From contig MQRK01183776.1 in assembly GCA_001938485.1 (NCBI GenBank), forward strand, positions 75,592 through 128,281: 52,690 bases of DNA. Direction: 5' to 3'. Positions 51,201-52,690 of the stretch are shown in pieces (within the stretch, counting starts at the first letter, position 1; each line of letters begins with the position of its first letter). The notes under the pieces were generated by a model. It was not told the origin of the DNA. It searched no databases and saw only the letters and a program-made list of their open reading frames with translations. The position numbers were made by a program, and so were the translations under genes. Source of the stretch: Girardia tigrina. Lineage: Eukaryota.

Positions 51201-51405
51201 ATATATTTAGAGATTTATTATACTGTCGTTGTATATTAATATAAAAAAATAAAAATAATAATACGAATTAGTAATATTACTCCTGGATCGGTAAATAATC
51301 CATATTTATCTTCTCGGTCTTCAAAGAACACCATACTTTTATTTGCTCCACCAGGATAGGATAACAAACACAAAACTGGCTTTTCATCGTCTTCGAAAAT
51401 CCTTT
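36082..51405 (-). CDS. RA-PH adaptor, MRL (Lamellipodin/RIAM/pico)-like, 5'-incomplete: join(51405-51281, 47356-47306, 38843-38697, 38652-38542, 38497-38402, 36240-36082)
   Basis: Spliced peptide (E)RIFEDDEKPV..FEDREDKYGLFTDPG/KWLGSSFADEAEKCYIH/EIFEGP..RKTWKKSLCVLRNSGIYS../FSDL..KTPTPYGFCLK/..KYITYFCA..YWSSIFRIAL/KGKTLLENY is colinear with recalled Lamellipodin motifs ERIFED..KYALFKNP..SWKK..LRASGIYY..KAPTDY..LC..W..IRIAKYGKQLY. All five introns are GT-AG, phase 0. Confidence 0.85.
39590..39947 (+). mobile_element. mariner 3' fragment
   Basis: QPTYSANLAPSDYHLFRAM..LAERW; terminal AAATACGAAAAAAACTTTTGAATGACCCTCG followed by TA. Confidence 0.8.
40673..43208 (+). mobile_element. MULE element with long TIRs containing 18-bp tandem units and an 8-bp TSD (AAAAATTA)
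   Basis: 40673-~40828 is the reverse complement of ~42968-43208, with AATTTCGCTAAAGAA(C/T)T-type repeats; MULE transposase remnant at 40840-41480 (DFEKA, YQGCYCHFKQA, YFERTWL, TNNFSEIFNKKLK). Confidence 0.85.
41824..42720 (+). mobile_element. piggyBac remnant nested inside the MULE
   Basis: TTAA|CCCGTTGAC left end; ACGTVRKN, MKWKDKRDVLMLST, YSKKMGGVDKTD, KWY, C-terminal Cys-rich domain (CIVC..C..VPLC..CFRIYH). Confidence 0.9.
44140..44890 (+). mobile_element. GC-rich decayed ORF1-like sequence, possibly the 5' part of a non-LTR retrotransposon
   Basis: Sharp GC/CpG island in an AT-rich background; fragmented frames end in a knuckle-like SQCHLYDHLMH; family not identifiable. Confidence 0.3.
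44895..45057 (-). mobile_element. Duplicate fragment of the adjacent mariner transposase
   Basis: IVTCNEKWVYFSNP..LLCVWWNFEGVI, near-identical to 45645-45810 with a 12-nt deletion. Confidence 0.9.
45147..46432 (-). mobile_element. Full-length mariner (DD34D type), pseudogenised transposase 46245-~45225
   Basis: TIRs TTAGGGTGAACCAAAAGTCTTTTCGTATTTT / AAAATACGAAAAGACTTTTGGTTCATCATAA with TA TSD; PHELT, IVTCNEKW (first D changed to N), QQDN, PSDYHLF; stops and frameshifts. Confidence 0.93.
46436..46790. mobile_element. Helentron/DINE-1-like non-autonomous element (tentative)
   Basis: 20-bp perfect palindrome ACCCGTCATATATGACGGGT (46444-46463), internal CGTCAGTC..GACTGACG inverted pair and GACA units; similar end-type sequences at ~35370-35490 and ~39010-39225. 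Confidence 0.35.
47490..49480 (+). mobile_element. Highly decayed mariner, host of the Tc1 insertion
   Basis: KIASSFVPTFL..CCNENLNLL..LNKILTEDETS (WVP and TGDETW equivalents) at ~49225-49390; TIR-like sequence near 47490. Confidence 0.5.
47610..48942 (-). mobile_element. Full-length Tc1 (DD34E) element; transposase ~48773-47720, C-terminus frameshifted
   Basis: TIRs CAGTGCGTTCCAAAAGTCTGTTCGCACCCAT at both ends (1 mismatch) with TA TSD; GRP, VFSDES, FQQDNAPCH, WPANSPDVNPIENLW with 34 residues between D and E. Confidence 0.95.
50835..51097 (-). mobile_element. (GACTCC)n-containing hAT-like MITE end
   Basis: Tandem CGACTC units ending in GCAGCCCTG, i.e. CAGGGCTGC..GAGTCGGAGTC on the minus strand. 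Confidence 0.6.
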
Positions 51406-51493
51406 CTAAATGTAAAGCATGTATTTTTATAATATATTCTTACAATAAACATTATCTAAGGTACAAATTAGTATTTCATTAGTATTTTGATTA

Positions 51494-52160
51494 TTAGGTT
51501 GTCAAATATGAAATTTTTAGAACTAAAGTCAAAGTTTATTGATAATTAACCAAAGCGAATATTTATCTCATTCATCAAAGTATGCAACCATATTTTCGAA
51601 ACACTTTTGGCATTTGAGTTACAGCTTGTTGAGGCAATTTGAACAAATATTTGGTTGGAAAGAATCTATTAATTCCTGGAAGGCCATTTTTTTGGTATCT
51701 TCGGAATTGAATTTCTTTCGATCAAAAAGTTGTTCAAATTGAAAAGAAATGGTAGTCAGATAGGGTAAATCTGGTGAGTATGGAGCACGATGAAGAAGTT
51801 CCAAAATAAGTTCCTGTAGTTTTGTTGCGGTCCTAAGTGCCGTATCGGGTTTCGCATTGTCATTGAGCAAGATGGAAGTCGACCTGTTTACGAAACTCGG
51901 ATGTTCTTCTTTGATTTTCCGCATCATATCCTTCAATTAGTTTCAGTAGAAATCTACTGTGATCAACGAACTAGGTTTCCTGAAGTCAAATTTGGATTGC
52001 ACCTGCGGCAGACCACAAAACAGTCACCATCAACTTCAGTTGAGGAATACTGTACTTTGGACTGTGTTTTAGTGCTTCATTTGTATCCACGCAGCTTGCT
52101 AAACGTTTGTGATTATCATATTAGATCCTCTTTTTATCTCAAACGACGATGCAGTTCCAA
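51494..52160 (-). mobile_element. mariner 3' two-thirds, decayed
   Basis: ILLNDNAKP, LLHRAPYSPDL; TIR TTAGGTTGTCAAATATGAAA preceded by TA. Confidence 0.85.
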
Positions 52161-52664
52161 AAGTGATTCTTTGAATTTAGGTTTAAAAATTACATATACT
52201 ATATAAAGTATTATAATTACAGCTAATTTTTGCTATCATAACAGTTGTTTGAAAGTATTAAAAATACATTCTTAATATATAAATTGTTCACATAAAATTT
52301 CCAATTTTTTAGCTATTTTGCAATATTAATGTAAATAAAAATTAATTTTGTTTTAAAATCAAAAAAATTGAACTCTCTTATTGTTAAGACAACTCACTCA
52401 TTTGTAACAACATTTATTGCAATCACAATTTGGATCATCTTTATGACAATCCGTAATAATGCCTTCGCTCAAATTTATCACTCAATGTTTATTACTTCTC
52501 ATCCCAAATCTGAAATACCTTGAAAAAAACTATTTGATTTAAAATATTTACTTTATATTTTATTGGTTAAAATAAAATTACTTTTTATAATCATTTAAAA
52601 ACAATAATTTGATTTAATTATTTAAAAATTAACAAAAATAAAATTAATAAAATTATTTAAAATT

Positions 52665-52690
52665 CAGTGGCGTAGCGAGGGGGGGCAGGG
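52665..52690 (+). mobile_element. hAT-like terminal sequence at the window edge
   Basis: CAGTGGCGTAGCGAGGGGGGGC is typical of hAT ends; truncated by the window. Confidence 0.5.

Noticed and set aside
52395-52520. Candidate upstream exon of the RA-PH gene
   Set aside because: Stops in all frames and no RA motif; upstream exons probably lie beyond the window.

Overview
A very AT-rich eukaryotic (animal) scaffold window with N-gaps and many decayed transposons. Introns of 44-57 nt and the transposon mix would fit a planarian-type flatworm, but the organism cannot be confirmed from sequence alone. Three host genes lie on the minus strand. (1) An intronless 404-aa KH-like + NYN/Zc3h12a-type PIN protein (KHNYN/N4BP1-like) with a degenerate catalytic site, 12797-14011. 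(2) A 3-exon invertebrate claudin (kune-kune/megatrachea-like), 27943-34395. (3) A 5'-incomplete six-exon RA-PH adaptor (MRL/Lamellipodin-RIAM-like), 36082-51405, which the ORF track misses entirely. A frameshifted 5' fragment of a Nup214-like gene with its promoter sits at 4830-5520. Mobile DNA includes several Ty3/gypsy remnants, Tc1 (DD34E), a rosa-like DD38D element, several mariners, pogo, MULE, piggyBac, hAT/hATm, MITEs and Helentron-like fragments, often nested. The most unusual pattern is that two neighbouring gypsy remnants are each split near the gag/pol junction by host-like promoter plus 5'-exon DNA. All family assignments come from motif recognition by eye; no searches were run.
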